A stretch of 24,000 nucleotides of DNA from NCBI RefSeq assembly GCF_020169415.1, contig NZ_JAIULG010000017.1, forward strand, positions 53,034-77,033. The letters are read 5' to 3'. Position numbers and translations under genes: made by a program. How positions within the stretch are numbered: position 1 is the stretch's first letter; every line of letters begins with the position of its first letter. Under the pieces are notes generated by a model, which worked only from the letters and a program-made list of their open reading frames with translations, had not been told where the DNA came from and did no database searches. The stretch is from Tsukamurella sp. M9C. GTDB lineage: Bacteria > Actinomycetota > Actinomycetes > Mycobacteriales > Mycobacteriaceae. This document shows, one piece after another, positions 1 to 8,311 of this stretch.

Positions 1-1238
1 AGGTCCTTTCCGGGAACAACATCAGTGGCTGGAGCGTGGTAGAGCAGGGACGAGGGGACGCGGGCCCGGAACGCCTCGGCGTTGCGGGGAGCGGCGTAGG
101 CGGCGATCACGGAGACCACCGCGCCGAGGCCGAGGAACATCCAGGCCGCGGTCCAGCCGGAGTTCTGCGCGAGGAAGCCGACGATCGTGGGTGAGAGCAC
201 ACCCGCGATCATGCCGCCGAGCAGGATCATCCCGGCGGCGATGCCGGTGACCTTCGGGTCGAGCTGCTTGATCGGGATGCTGAACGATCCGATGTAGGCA
301 GAGGACGCGAGGCCGACGATGAGCGTGGTCGCGGCGACGTAGGTGAAGACGTTAGGCATGAAGGGCAGACTGATCACCAGCAGGCCGGCGATCGTCATGC
401 CGGGCACGATGAGCCGGATCGGGTTGCCGCCGATCCGGTCCGAGTAGCGGCCCGCCAGCACGATCATCAACGCGGCGGCCAGGCCCGGCGGCAGGGCCAG
501 CAGCGCCGAGGCCGACGGGGAGAGCGCGAACTCCTCCTGCAGATACGTCGCGGTCCAGGCGTTCCAGCCCCAGATCAGGATGTCGTAGCCGAAGAAGGCC
601 AGGGCGAACCACCACATGGCGGGGGTGCGGAGCAACGCGGCGGTGCGGCCCTTGGCGACGTCGTTCGCGGGCACGTCGTGCATCGGGGCGGGCATGCCCT
701 TGATGAAGACGAAAGTGATGACGATGCCGAAGATCGAGATGACGAGGAACATGCCGCGCCAGCCGACGAGCGGCAGCAGGATCGCGGCCACGATCATCGC
801 CATCACGACGCCGATCGCATTGGAGCTGTTGACCCAGCCGTTGGCGGTCATCCGCTCATCGGGCAGCGATCGCTCCGCGAGCAACTTCATCGCCGCGCCG
901 GGGAAGATCCCCTGCGCCAGACCGAACAGGATCCGGATCGCGATCAGGGTGACGAAAGAGGTCGCCAGCGCCGTGAGGCCGGTGAAGATCGACCAGGCGA
1001 TGAGCCCGATCACGGCTATCCGCATCGCGCCGAACTTGTCGGCCAGCATGCCGCCGGGGAGCTGCGCCGCGGCGTAGGCGAGGAAGAAGACCGAGATCAC
1101 GAGGCCGAGCTGGCCCTTCTCCAGGCCGAGATCCTTGCCGATCAGCGGCAGCGCGACGCCGATCACCGATCGGTCGATGTAGTCGATGCACCAGGCCGTG
1201 AACAGCAGGATCACGGTAGTGCGAGTGATGGGGTGCAA
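1..1238 (-). CDS. MFS transporter; the C-terminal end runs off the window start
   Basis: This gene is absent from the ORF track because it has no stop inside the window. My reverse-strand translation from TTG at 1238 is uninterrupted down to base 3. It reads LHPITRTTVILLFTAWCIDYIDRSVIGVALPLIGKDLGLEKGQLGLVISVFFLAYAAAQLPGGMLADKFGAMRIAVIGLIAWSIFTG...LFGLAQGIFPGAAMKLLAERSLPDERMTANGWVNSSNAIG... About 12 hydrophobic segments and MFS-type loop motifs are visible. The plus-strand ORFs 616-1077 and 678-1337 are antisense artefacts. The exact start codon is uncertain. Confidence 0.85.
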   Translation of the reverse strand, partial: MHPITRTTVILLFTAWCIDYIDRSVIGVALPLIGKDLGLEKGQLGLVISVFFLAYAAAQLPGGMLADKFGAMRIAVIGLIAWSIFTGLTALATSFVTLIAIRILFGLAQGIFPGAAMKLLAERSLPDERMTANGWVNSSNAIGVVMAMIVAAILLPLVGWRGMFLVISIFGIVITFVFIKGMPAPMHDVPANDVAKGRTAALLRTPAMWWFALAFFGYDILIWGWNAWTATYLQEEFALSPSASALLALPPGLAAALMIVLAGRYSDRIGGNPIRLIVPGMTIAGLLVISLPFMPNVFTYVAATTLIVGLASSAYIGSFSIPIKQLDPKVTGIAAGMILLGGMIAGVLSPTIVGFLAQNSGWTAAWMFLGLGAVVSVIAAYAAPRNAEAFRARVPSSLLYHAPATDVVPGKD

Positions 1239-1288
1239 ATCGGTCTCCCGGTTCAGGTCCGGCGTGTGATCGCCGTCATACTCAGTGG

Positions 1289-2401
1289 GTGGAGCAGAGC
1301 GTATGGAGCGGAGCGATCGATCGAGTCGCCGCGCTGATATACGGCGCAGACGGCCCGGTCGTGGCGAATTCCGGTCACGACGTGCTCGCGGACGACGATC
1401 AATTACTGGTAGCGGAGCTCCAGGCCAGGCCACGCGCCCCCTGGACGGACATCGGAGGCGCGCTCGGCATCAGCGGCACCACGGCGTCGCGGCGCTGGAA
1501 TCGTCTGGTCACCGACGGGTACGCCTGGATCACTGCGTATCCCGCGCAACTGTTTCCGGTGACGGGATACGTCTGGATCACTGTTTCCCCGCGCCGACGG
1601 CGGCACGTCGGGGCCACGATCACCGCGCATCCCGCGACCTACTGGGTCGACCAGCTCGACGGCGAACGGACCTTCCTCGCCGGCGTCGCCGCGACGTCGC
1701 TCCGCGGGATCGAGGCGACCGCCACCGAGATCGCCGAGATCGACGGGGTGATGGACGTCCACCTCCAGCTCTGCCGATCAGTCATGCACGACGGGACCGT
1801 GTGGCAACCCAAACTGGCCGGCCCCGTCGACCAGGAGCACCCGACGATCTGGCGCGCACGCGAGACGGGCGATGTCGCGCGGCCGTCCGAGACGGACATC
1901 CGACTGTTCCGCGCTCTCATGCGCGACGGGCGCGCGACCTACACGGAACTGGCCACCGCGACAGGGCTCTCCGACCGGACGGTGCGCCGCCGCCTTCCGG
2001 AACTGCTCGAGAACCGGATGCTCAGCACCCGCTGCGACGTGAGCCGCGAGACTCTCGGCATGGAATCGGGTTTCTTCCTGTCGATCCGGTGGACCGCCCG
2101 CTGGCGCAGCCTGATCGGAGTCGCCTGCCGGATGCCGGGCGCCCGGCTCGTGGCGGGTGTCAGTGGGGCGAGCCCGTTCCTGCTCCAGTTCTGGGGACGG
2201 TCGATCGCGGACGCCGACATGGTGGTCGCGCGTCTCGAGGCCGCCGTCCCGGATCTGCACATCGACCGCATCGACTACTCCGTGCGCTCCCTCAAGCGGT
2301 TCGGGCGCTACCTCGGGCCCGACGGGCGGGTCGCCGACGACGCCCTGGCTCCCGACGTCGACCTCTTCGACTACGCCCACCTGGCCGACCGCCCGACGTG
2401 A
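1289..2401 (+). CDS. Lrp/AsnC-family transcriptional regulator with two tandem HTH-plus-effector modules
   Basis: The ORF track gives 370 aa with a GTG start. There are two AsnC-type HTH segments: DDDQLLVAELQARPRAPWTDIGGALGISGTTASRRWNRLVTDGYAWI and TDIRLFRALMRDGRATYTELATATGLSDRTVRRRLPELLENRML. Each is followed by a regulatory-domain-sized segment. The gene is divergent from the MFS gene, about 50 bp away. The true start may be an internal GTG. Confidence 0.8.
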   Translation: MEQSVWSGAIDRVAALIYGADGPVVANSGHDVLADDDQLLVAELQARPRAPWTDIGGALGISGTTASRRWNRLVTDGYAWITAYPAQLFPVTGYVWITVSPRRRRHVGATITAHPATYWVDQLDGERTFLAGVAATSLRGIEATATEIAEIDGVMDVHLQLCRSVMHDGTVWQPKLAGPVDQEHPTIWRARETGDVARPSETDIRLFRALMRDGRATYTELATATGLSDRTVRRRLPELLENRMLSTRCDVSRETLGMESGFFLSIRWTARWRSLIGVACRMPGARLVAGVSGASPFLLQFWGRSIADADMVVARLEAAVPDLHIDRIDYSVRSLKRFGRYLGPDGRVADDALAPDVDLFDYAHLADRPT

Positions 2402-2418
2402 CCGACCGCGGATACGAA

Positions 2419-2450
2419 AGAACCCCTCCGACCGTGGTCGGAGGGGTTCT
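2419..2450. terminator. Perfect 13-bp-stem hairpin between the Lrp-family gene and tRNA-Ala
   Basis: AGAACCCCTCCGA (2419-2431) pairs with TCGGAGGGGTTCT (2438-2450) around a 6-nt loop. It sits 18 nt after the Lrp stop codon and 8 nt from the tRNA 3' end, so it could terminate transcription in either direction. Confidence 0.6.
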
Positions 2451-2457
2451 CCCTCTG

Positions 2458-2530
2458 TGGAGCTAAGGGGAATCGAACCCCTGACCTCCTCGATGCGAAC
2501 GAGGCGCGCTACCAACTGCGCTATAGCCCC
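2458..2530 (-). tRNA. tRNA-Ala (anticodon CGC)
   Basis: The reverse complement is GGGGCTATAGCGCAGTTGGTAGCGCGCCTCGTTCGCATCGAGGAGGTCAGGGGTTCGATTCCCCTTAGCTCCA. I folded it by hand into a 73-nt cloverleaf. It has a 7-bp acceptor stem with the G3:U70 alanine identity pair, a GCGC/GCGC D stem, and a CCTCG/CGAGG anticodon stem with loop TTCGCAT (anticodon CGC). It also has an AGGGG/CCCCT T stem with a TTCGATT loop. CCA is not encoded. Confidence 0.95.
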
Positions 2531-2572
2531 TTGCGGAACTCGAATACCTTAGCAAGCCCCGCGGCGAAACTG

Positions 2573-3826
2573 TTAACCGACCTTGCGCTCGTACGGTTCC
2601 CGCACGTCAGCGGGCCGATCGGCGGGGCGATCGAGGAAGTCGAACTCCTCGGCGCGGTAGCGCGGCAGGTGGTCGAAGGCGGGGTCCTCGTCGTCGATCT
2701 CCATGACGATGCAGCCGCCGCGGCGCAGGTGCGCCGGCACGCCGTCGCGCACCTCGGCCTCGCGGGCGCGCTCGCGGCGGGCCCGCTCCAGCCGGGCCAT
2801 CCGGCGCCGACGGATCTCGGTCTCGATCCGCACCGTCCGGCGCAGGTAGGCGAGGTAGGCCACCAGCGCGAGCACGACGGCGCCGAGGCCGTACCAGGCG
2901 AAGGGCACGTTCATCAGGCCCGCGCCGAGCGCGACCACTGCGAGCACGCCCAGGACCAGCGTGACCCGCTGGCGGAACCGGAACCGCGCCTCGGTGATCC
3001 GGGCGTCGTTCTCGGGGTCGTAGCCGCCGCGGCGGCGGCGCGGCTCGGCGTCGCGGGCCTCGTCGGCGTACTCGCCCTCGTACTCGGCGTCGTCCAGCTC
3101 GTCGTCGGCGTCCTCGGCCACCGGGCGGGAGACCGGGTCGATCTCCTCCGTCAGCTGCTCGTCCGCGGCCACGTCATCGACGTCGTCGTACTCCGCGACC
3201 TCGACGACCTCGTCGGCCTCGGCGTCGACGTCGGCGTCGGCGTCCGCGGCGATCTCGGCCTCGGGCTCGGCCTCGACGACTGCCTCGGCGACGGGTGCGG
3301 TCACCCGGCGGACGATCGGCGCGGCCTCGGGCGCGGCGGCCTCGTCGGTCGCCTCGGGGGCGTCGACGTCGAGGCGGTCGAGGTCGACGACCTTCGTGCG
3401 CTTGGCCATCGCGGCCCGCTCTACGGTGTGGATCGGGGTGGTGTCGCCGTCCATCGGGCTGGATCCGTGCAGATCGTCGACGTCGGAGTCGACGTAGGCG
3501 TGCGCCTCCGCGTCCTCGTCGGCGGTGTCCTCGGCCGCGGAGTCGGAGGTCTTGCCGAGCACGATCCGGCCGTCCTCGACGATCTCGTCGTCCTCGAGCT
3601 CGGCGTCCGCGTCGGCCTCGCCGCGCGGCTCCTCGACGACGGTGGCCGCCGGGCGGATGCGGCGCCGCACAGCGCGGCCGGCGGAACCGCCGCGGTGCAG
3701 CAGCCGGGTCTTCAGTGTCGCGTCGGACACCTGGTTCACCTTGGGGTGCCGCGCCGCGAGCATCGGAACGAGCACCACCAGCCACGCGACGATCAGCCCC
3801 ACCCAGAGCAGTGTCTGCGGGATCAT
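2573..3826 (-). CDS. Conserved membrane protein with a long acidic disordered linker (Rv0996-like; candidate GlpR-type receptor)
   Basis: This is the ORF-track frame 2573-3844. I place the start at ATG 3826 (MIPQTLLW...) because GGAGGGAG lies 5 nt upstream, and the TTG at 3844 would fall inside that SD. The protein has an N-terminal TM helix (LLWVGLIVAWLVVLVPMLAA) and roughly 200 aa of D/E/A-rich low-complexity sequence. It then has a TM hairpin (VTLVLGVLAVVALGAGLMNVPFAWYGLGAVVLALVAYLAYL) and an Arg-rich tail. It follows moeA and rimJ as Rv0996 does in M. tuberculosis. The functional label rests on synteny only. Confidence 0.7.
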   Translation of the reverse strand: MIPQTLLWVGLIVAWLVVLVPMLAARHPKVNQVSDATLKTRLLHRGGSAGRAVRRRIRPAATVVEEPRGEADADAELEDDEIVEDGRIVLGKTSDSAAEDTADEDAEAHAYVDSDVDDLHGSSPMDGDTTPIHTVERAAMAKRTKVVDLDRLDVDAPEATDEAAAPEAAPIVRRVTAPVAEAVVEAEPEAEIAADADADVDAEADEVVEVAEYDDVDDVAADEQLTEEIDPVSRPVAEDADDELDDAEYEGEYADEARDAEPRRRRGGYDPENDARITEARFRFRQRVTLVLGVLAVVALGAGLMNVPFAWYGLGAVVLALVAYLAYLRRTVRIETEIRRRRMARLERARRERAREAEVRDGVPAHLRRGGCIVMEIDDEDPAFDHLPRYRAEEFDFLDRPADRPADVREPYERKVG

Positions 3827-3968
3827 GTCGGCTCCCTCCGGCAATCAGCGAGCACGGATCACATCCGTGTAAGTCGCCTTGAAGGCTATTTCACCGTGGT
3901 GAATCAGCGCGCCCGACGCGCCGTAGCCAAACCCCAAAAATCTCAAACAGTCACTTCAGTCACACGGG

Positions 3969-4598
3969 TCAGAACCGGGCACGGCCCGACCGGACCACCC
4001 GCGCGACCATCGAATCCGCGACCTCCTCGGCCGTGATCGCGACCAGCAGATGGTCGCGCCAGGCACCGTCGACGTGCAGGTACCGGCGCAGCAGGCCCTC
4101 CTCGCGGAAGCCCGAATTCCGCAGCACGGCGCGCGATCCGGCGTTCTCCGGGCGCACCGTCGCGTCCACGCGGTGCAGGCGCAGCGCGCCGAAGCAGTGA
4201 TCGACGGCGAGCGCGACCGCCGCCGTGGCCACCCCGCGGCCGGTCACCCGCCGATCCACCCAGTACCCGACCCACGCGCTCTGCAGCTGCCCGCGCGTGA
4301 TGTTCCCGATGGTGATCTGGCCGGCGTAGGCACCGTCGACCTCGATGACGAGCGGGACGATCGTCCCGGACCTGGCCTGCGAGCGCAGGGAGGCGCACAG
4401 CGGCGTCCACTGCGAGGCCGCGTGCCGCCGTTGCCAGTTCACCTCGCCCGACGGTTCCCAGGGTTCCAGTTCCGCCCGGTTCAGCAGCCGTAGCCGCGAC
4501 CACTGCCGGCCGTCGCGGGCGCGGATCGGCCGCAGCCGCACGACGCCGGCGGCGGTGGTGAGGGGCCCGAGCTCGACCTGCCAGTTCGCTCCGAACAC
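3969..4598 (-). CDS. rimJ: GNAT-family N-acetyltransferase (RimJ-like)
   Basis: This is the C-terminal 209 aa of track ORF 3969-5750: VFGANWQVELGPLTTAAGVVRLRPIRARDGRQWSRLRLLNRAELEPWEP...QITIGNITRGQLQSAWVGYWVDRRVTGRGVATAAVALAVDHCF...RVDATVRPENAGSRAVLRNSGFREEGLLRRYLHVDGAWRDH. That pattern is typical of RimJ/RimL-type GNATs. I chose the GTG at 4598, which lies 5 nt after the moeA stop. The 593-aa extension in the track overlaps moeA out of frame and is Arg/Pro-rich, so I regard it as an artefact. Confidence 0.85.
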   Translation of the reverse strand: MFGANWQVELGPLTTAAGVVRLRPIRARDGRQWSRLRLLNRAELEPWEPSGEVNWQRRHAASQWTPLCASLRSQARSGTIVPLVIEVDGAYAGQITIGNITRGQLQSAWVGYWVDRRVTGRGVATAAVALAVDHCFGALRLHRVDATVRPENAGSRAVLRNSGFREEGLLRRYLHVDGAWRDHLLVAITAEEVADSMVARVVRSGRARF

Positions 4599-4603
4599 CG
4601 ACG

Positions 4604-5845
4604 TCAGCCGCGCTGGGCGAGGAAGGCGACGACCACGTCGTCGCCCGCCCGGACCTCGGTGACCTCCGGGTCCACGACGATGAGGCAGTTCGCCTCGGCC
4701 AGGCTCACCAACAGGTGGGAGCCGTTGTCGGGGATCGGGGCGACCATGAACTCGCCGCTGTCCTCGTCGCGCATGAGCTGGCCGCGCACGTACTCGCGGC
4801 GGCCGGCCGGCGACTGGTGGGACGCGGCGCTCTTGGCCGTCACCAGGCGCCGCATCGGCTGCCGCTTGCCGAGCGCGATGCGGATCAGCGGCCGCACCAT
4901 CACCTCGAAGGCGACGAGCGCGCTCATCGGGTTCGAGGGCAGCAGGAAGGTGGGCACCTGATCGTCGCCGAGAGTGCCGAAGCCCTGGACCGACGCGGGG
5001 TGCATCGCGATGCGCTCCACCGCGAGGTCGCCGAGCTCGGCCAGGGCGGCCGTGATGTCGTCGGAGGCGCTGCCGCCGAGCGCGGAGGTCACGATCACGA
5101 CCTCGGAGCGCTGCAGCTGCGCCTCGACGGCCTCGCGCACCCCGTCGGTGGTGACGATGCCGACGCGGTGCACCTCGGCGCCGCAGTCGCGGGCGGCGGC
5201 GGCCAGCGCGTAGGAGGCCACGTCGTAGACCTGGCCGGCACCGGTGTCGCGGTCGACGTCGACGAGCTCGCGGCCCACGGAGATCACGGCGACACGGGGC
5301 CGCGGGTGCACGGAGACCTTGTCGCGCCCGACGGCGGCGAGCAGGCCCACCTGCGCGGGCCCCACGACGGTGCCGCGGCGCACGGCTACGTCGCCCGGCT
5401 GCACGTCGTCGCCCGTGCGACGGACGTACTGCCCGGACCGGACCGCATGTCCGACACGGACTTTCGACAGGCCACCGTCGGTCCACTTGTCGGGCAGGAC
5501 GGCGTCGGCGAGCGTGGGCAGCGGCGCGCCGGTCTCGACCTTGACGGCCTGGCCCGGCTGCAGCCGGATCGGCTGGCGGTTGCCCGCGCGGACCTCGCCG
5601 ACGACCGGCAGCGAGACGACGATCTGCTCGCCGGTCTCCTCGTCGGTCTCGCCGGCGCTCGCCACGTCGACGGAGCGCACGGCGTACCCGTCGATCGCGG
5701 CCTGGTCGAACGCGGGGAGGGCGTTCTCGACGACCACTTCCTCCGCGCACATCAGGCCCTGCGCCTCGGAGATACCCACGCGCACCGGCCGCGGCGCCAC
5801 CGCCGCCGCCGTGACCCGTGCCAGATGGTCCTCCACGGAGCGCAT
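4604..5845 (-). CDS. moeA: MoeA-family molybdopterin molybdenumtransferase / gephyrin-like protein
   Basis: The 413-aa ORF reads MRSVEDHLARV...AFDQAAIDGYAVRS...GEVRAG...GQAVKVETGAPLP...VSVHPRPRVAVISVGRELV...VIVTSALGGSASDDI, which is MoeA domain architecture throughout. It sits between galU and rimJ, as Rv0994 (moeA1) does. Confidence 0.9.
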   Translation of the reverse strand: MRSVEDHLARVTAAAVAPRPVRVGISEAQGLMCAEEVVVENALPAFDQAAIDGYAVRSVDVASAGETDEETGEQIVVSLPVVGEVRAGNRQPIRLQPGQAVKVETGAPLPTLADAVLPDKWTDGGLSKVRVGHAVRSGQYVRRTGDDVQPGDVAVRRGTVVGPAQVGLLAAVGRDKVSVHPRPRVAVISVGRELVDVDRDTGAGQVYDVASYALAAAARDCGAEVHRVGIVTTDGVREAVEAQLQRSEVVIVTSALGGSASDDITAALAELGDLAVERIAMHPASVQGFGTLGDDQVPTFLLPSNPMSALVAFEVMVRPLIRIALGKRQPMRRLVTAKSAASHQSPAGRREYVRGQLMRDEDSGEFMVAPIPDNGSHLLVSLAEANCLIVVDPEVTEVRAGDDVVVAFLAQRG

Positions 5846-5865
5846 GCTCTCGGCCTCCTACAGCG

Positions 5866-6768
5866 TCAGTCTCGGTTCAGGCGATCCTGCAGCCAGTCGC
5901 GCAGGTCGGGACCGTAGTCGTCGCGGTCCAACGCCAAGTCAACCGCAGCCTTGAGGTAGCCCCCGGGATTTCCGAGGTCGTGTCGGGTTCCGCGGTGCAC
6001 GACCACGTGCACCGGATGCCCCTCGCTGATGAGCAGCGCGATGGCGTCGGTCAGCTGGATCTCGCCGCCGGCGCCCTTGTCGATGCGGCGCAGCGCGTCG
6101 AAGATCGCCCGGTCCAGCAGGTATCGGCCGGCCGCCGCGTAGTTCGACGGGGCGTCCTCGGCCTTGGGCTTCTCGACCATGCCGTTGACCTTGAGCACGT
6201 CCGGGTTGGCGGCGTCGGGCACGATCTCGACGTCGAAGGCGCCGTAGCTGCTGATCTGCTCCGGGCTGACCTCGATCGCGCACAGCACGGAGCCGCCGCG
6301 CTTCTCGCGGACCTTCGCCATCGTCGTGAGCACGCCGATGGGCAGCACCAGATCGTCGGGCAGCAGGACGGCGACGGCGTCCTCGTCGTCGTCGAGGACC
6401 GGCTCGACGCAGGACACGGCGTGCCCCAGGCCCAGCGGCTTCTCCTGGATGACGGCCTCGGCGTGGATCAGGTTCGGGGCGCGGCGCACCTTGTCGAGCA
6501 TCGCGGTCTTGCCGCGCTTCTCCAGCGTGCCCTCGAGGACGAGGTCCTCGACGAAGTGGGCGACCACGCCGTCCTTACCGGGGCTGGTGACGATGCAGAG
6601 CCGCTCCGCACCGGCGGCCGCGGCCTCCTCGGCCACCAGCTCGATGCCGGGGGTGTCGACCACCGGGAGCAGCTCCTTCGGCACCGTCTTCGTCGCGGGG
6701 AGGAAACGGGTACCGAGGCCTGCAGCCGGGACGATCGCGGTCTTCGGAATGGACGGCGCGTTGCTCAT
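5866..6768 (-). CDS. galU: UTP--glucose-1-phosphate uridylyltransferase
   Basis: The 300-aa ORF opens with the nucleotidyltransferase signature AIVPAAGLGTRFLPATKTVPKELLPVVD. It also contains EKPLGLGHAV and VEKP motifs. It lies 20 bp upstream of moeA on the same strand. Confidence 0.93.
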   Translation of the reverse strand: MSNAPSIPKTAIVPAAGLGTRFLPATKTVPKELLPVVDTPGIELVAEEAAAAGAERLCIVTSPGKDGVVAHFVEDLVLEGTLEKRGKTAMLDKVRRAPNLIHAEAVIQEKPLGLGHAVSCVEPVLDDDEDAVAVLLPDDLVLPIGVLTTMAKVREKRGGSVLCAIEVSPEQISSYGAFDVEIVPDAANPDVLKVNGMVEKPKAEDAPSNYAAAGRYLLDRAIFDALRRIDKGAGGEIQLTDAIALLISEGHPVHVVVHRGTRHDLGNPGGYLKAAVDLALDRDDYGPDLRDWLQDRLNRD

Positions 6769-6828
6769 TCCCTCACCTTAGGCTAGGTCACGTGACGGTA
6801 ACGATCCGAGTGGCTGTGAATTCGCCGC

Positions 6829-7359
6829 ATGAGCACTGAGTCCAAGACCGCGTGGCGCGCGCGATTCCGGCGCGGTCGCGCCGCTCTGACGGACGCTCAG
6901 CGGGCGGAGGCCGCGGCGGCGTTGACGTCCGTTCTGGCCGCATTGGACCTGGGTGAGACGGTCGCGGCATACGTGCCGGTGGGTTCCGAGCCCGGCTTCG
7001 TCCTCGACGGGAGGGTGCTGCTGCCGGTGACCCCGCCGGAGCCGGGGCCGCTCGACTGGGCGTGGTCGGGCTCACTCGTCCCCGGCCCCTTCGGACTCCT
7101 CGAACCGGCGGGGCCGCGGCTGGGCGCCGATGCCGTGGCCTCTGCGTCGACGGTGCTGCTGCCCGCGCTGGGCTGCTCGCGGGAGGGGGTACGACTCGGG
7201 CGGGGAGCCGGCTACTACGACCGCTCCCTGCGCCCCGGCCCACGGCTGATCGCGGTGGTCTACGACGACGAGCTGGTGGACTCGCTGCCGTCGGAGCCCA
7301 CGGATGTGCCGGTGCACGCGGCACTGACCCCGTCGGGGTTGGTCGAGTTCGCGCCGTGA
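6829..7359 (+). CDS. 5-formyltetrahydrofolate cyclo-ligase
   Basis: The 176-aa ORF starts with a K..R......R N-terminus (SKTAWRARFRRGR) and contains AAYVPVGSEPG. It carries the family signature LLPALGCSREGVRLGRGAGYYDRSL and ends with D.PV. It is divergent from galU, as Rv0992c is from Rv0993. Confidence 0.85.
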   Translation: MSTESKTAWRARFRRGRAALTDAQRAEAAAALTSVLAALDLGETVAAYVPVGSEPGFVLDGRVLLPVTPPEPGPLDWAWSGSLVPGPFGLLEPAGPRLGADAVASASTVLLPALGCSREGVRLGRGAGYYDRSLRPGPRLIAVVYDDELVDSLPSEPTDVPVHAALTPSGLVEFAP

Positions 7360-7428
7360 ATCCACGGCTGAGAGCGTCAGGAGGCCGAATCCGGCTTCGT
7401 GACGCTGTGAGCCGTGGATTCACGGCGC
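7351..7428. terminator. Long rod-like hairpin between the convergent cyclo-ligase and TetR genes
   Basis: The outer 19-bp arms GCGCCGTGAATCCACGGCT (7351-7369) and AGCCGTGGATTCACGGCGC (7410-7428) are perfectly complementary. Inside them are the stems AGCGTCA (7373-7379) / TGACGCT (7400-7406) and GCCG/CGGC. The left arm overlaps the last codons of the plus-strand gene, and the right arm ends 3 nt before the TetR stop. Confidence 0.6.
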
Positions 7429-7431
7429 CGG

Positions 7432-8004
7432 TCACACCAGCAGGCGGGAGATGTACTTCTCGCCGTAGACGCGCAGGGCGGCGGTGTCGCTGATGTCCAG
7501 GCCGGTGGGCGAGTTGGACAGCAGCGACCCCGTGATCCGCAGCATCAGGTCCACGACGGAGCAGAGCTCGGCGTAGTCTTGCTCGGCGCCGGTGTTGCGC
7601 AGGCGGATCACGATGCCCTGGATGAGCAGGTCCCACACGCCGCGCGGGATGCGCAGGAAGTACTCGGGCTCGGCGGCCAGCACCTTGGACACGGCCATGT
7701 TCGACTCGGCCTGCTCGATGCTGAGCACGAACACCTCGACCAGCGTCTGCTGCGGCGTGTACCCGACGATGGTCTTGTCGAGCTTGCGGCGCAGGGTGCG
7801 GATCTCGATCGCGACGACGCGGGCGATCAGCTGGTCGCGGTTGGGGAAGATCCGGTACAGCGTGCTGCGGGACACGTGCGCCTGCTTGGCCACCTGGTCC
7901 ATGCTGACGCCGGGGATGCCGTTCGCGGCGATCACCTCACGTGCCGCGTCCACGATCCGCCGCGCAGGTGAGGGAACCGTCATAGCGGTATCGTATCCGC
8001 TCAC
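7432..8004 (-). CDS. TetR/AcrR-family transcriptional regulator
   Basis: The ORF contains the TetR HTH RRIVDAAREVIAANGIPGVSMDQVAKQAHVSRSTLYRIFPNRDQL. The track start is GTG at 8004. ATG at 7983 (MTVPSPARR...) is an equally plausible start and would leave room for the CIRCE/promoter region. Confidence 0.88.
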   Translation of the reverse strand: MSGYDTAMTVPSPARRIVDAAREVIAANGIPGVSMDQVAKQAHVSRSTLYRIFPNRDQLIARVVAIEIRTLRRKLDKTIVGYTPQQTLVEVFVLSIEQAESNMAVSKVLAAEPEYFLRIPRGVWDLLIQGIVIRLRNTGAEQDYAELCSVVDLMLRITGSLLSNSPTGLDISDTAALRVYGEKYISRLLV

Positions 8005-8008
8005 ATCC

Positions 8009-8035
8009 TTGGCACTCGAATCGCAGGAGTGCTAA
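8009..8035 (+). promoter_or_regulatory. CIRCE operator (HrcA binding site) upstream of the ruc-like gene
   Basis: TTGGCACTC-GAATCGCAG-GAGTGCTAA matches the CIRCE consensus TTAGCACTC-N9-GAGTGCTAA at 17 of 18 arm positions, with the exact 9-nt spacer. It ends 21 nt before the GTG start at 8057. A TAGAAT -10-like hexamer at 8045-8050 lies 6 nt before the start codon. TTGGCA (8009-8014) and CTAAAT (8032-8037) form an alternative -35/-10 pair with a 17-bp spacer. Confidence 0.85.
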
Positions 8036-8056
8036 ATCGAGGGGTAGAATCGCGAG

Positions 8057-8311
8057 GTGCCTACCTATTCGTATCAGTGCAAGGAGTGCGGCGAGGCCTT
8101 CGACGCCGTCCAGTCCTTCTCCGACGATCCGTTGACCGTGTGCCCCAACTGCGGCGGCCCGCTCCGGAAGCTGTTCAACTCCGTGGGCGTCGTCTTCAAG
8201 GGCAGCGGCTTCTACCGCACCGATTCCCGCAGCTCCAAGGCCGATACGACGGCCAAGCCGGAGAAGAAGTCGGACACGGCGGCGAAGGTCGACAAGGCCA
8301 CCAGCTCGTGA
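8057..8311 (+). CDS. ruc: FmdB-family zinc-ribbon protein with a disordered C-terminus (Rv0991c/Ruc-like redox-regulated chaperone)
   Basis: The 84-aa ORF is MPTYSYQCKECGEAFDAVQSFSDDPLTVCPNCGGPLRKLFNSVGVVFKGSGFYRTDSRSS... It has a CxxC...CxxC zinc ribbon, the GSGFY motif and a K/S/T/A-rich tail. A CIRCE element lies directly upstream, which agrees with the reported HrcA control of Rv0991c. Confidence 0.85.
   Translation: MPTYSYQCKECGEAFDAVQSFSDDPLTVCPNCGGPLRKLFNSVGVVFKGSGFYRTDSRSSKADTTAKPEKKSDTAAKVDKATSS

Noticed and set aside
2458-2530. tRNA-Ala as an integration site for a mobile element
   Set aside because: I saw no integrase or recombinase gene next to it, and no direct repeat of the tRNA 3' end by eye. 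The flanking genes are conserved backbone.
2546-2576. A possible tRNA-Ala promoter, with TAAGGT (-10, minus strand, 2546-2551) and TTAACA (-35, 2571-2576)
   Set aside because: The spacer is 19 nt and the hexamers are weak, and actinobacterial -35 regions are poorly defined. That is not enough support to list it as a feature.
2531-4036. A 501-aa plus-strand ORF opposite the acidic membrane protein gene, plus several Arg-rich ORFs at 3174-3882
   Set aside because: These are mirror images of the D/E/A-rich low-complexity coding region. The 501-aa ORF would also start inside the tRNA-Ala flank. The minus-strand frame has TM helices, a strong SD and synteny support.
4599-5750. An N-terminal extension that would make the GNAT ORF 593 aa
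   Set aside because: The extension overlaps moeA in a different frame and is Arg-rich nonsense. The GNAT domain begins right after a GTG that lies 5 nt past the moeA stop.
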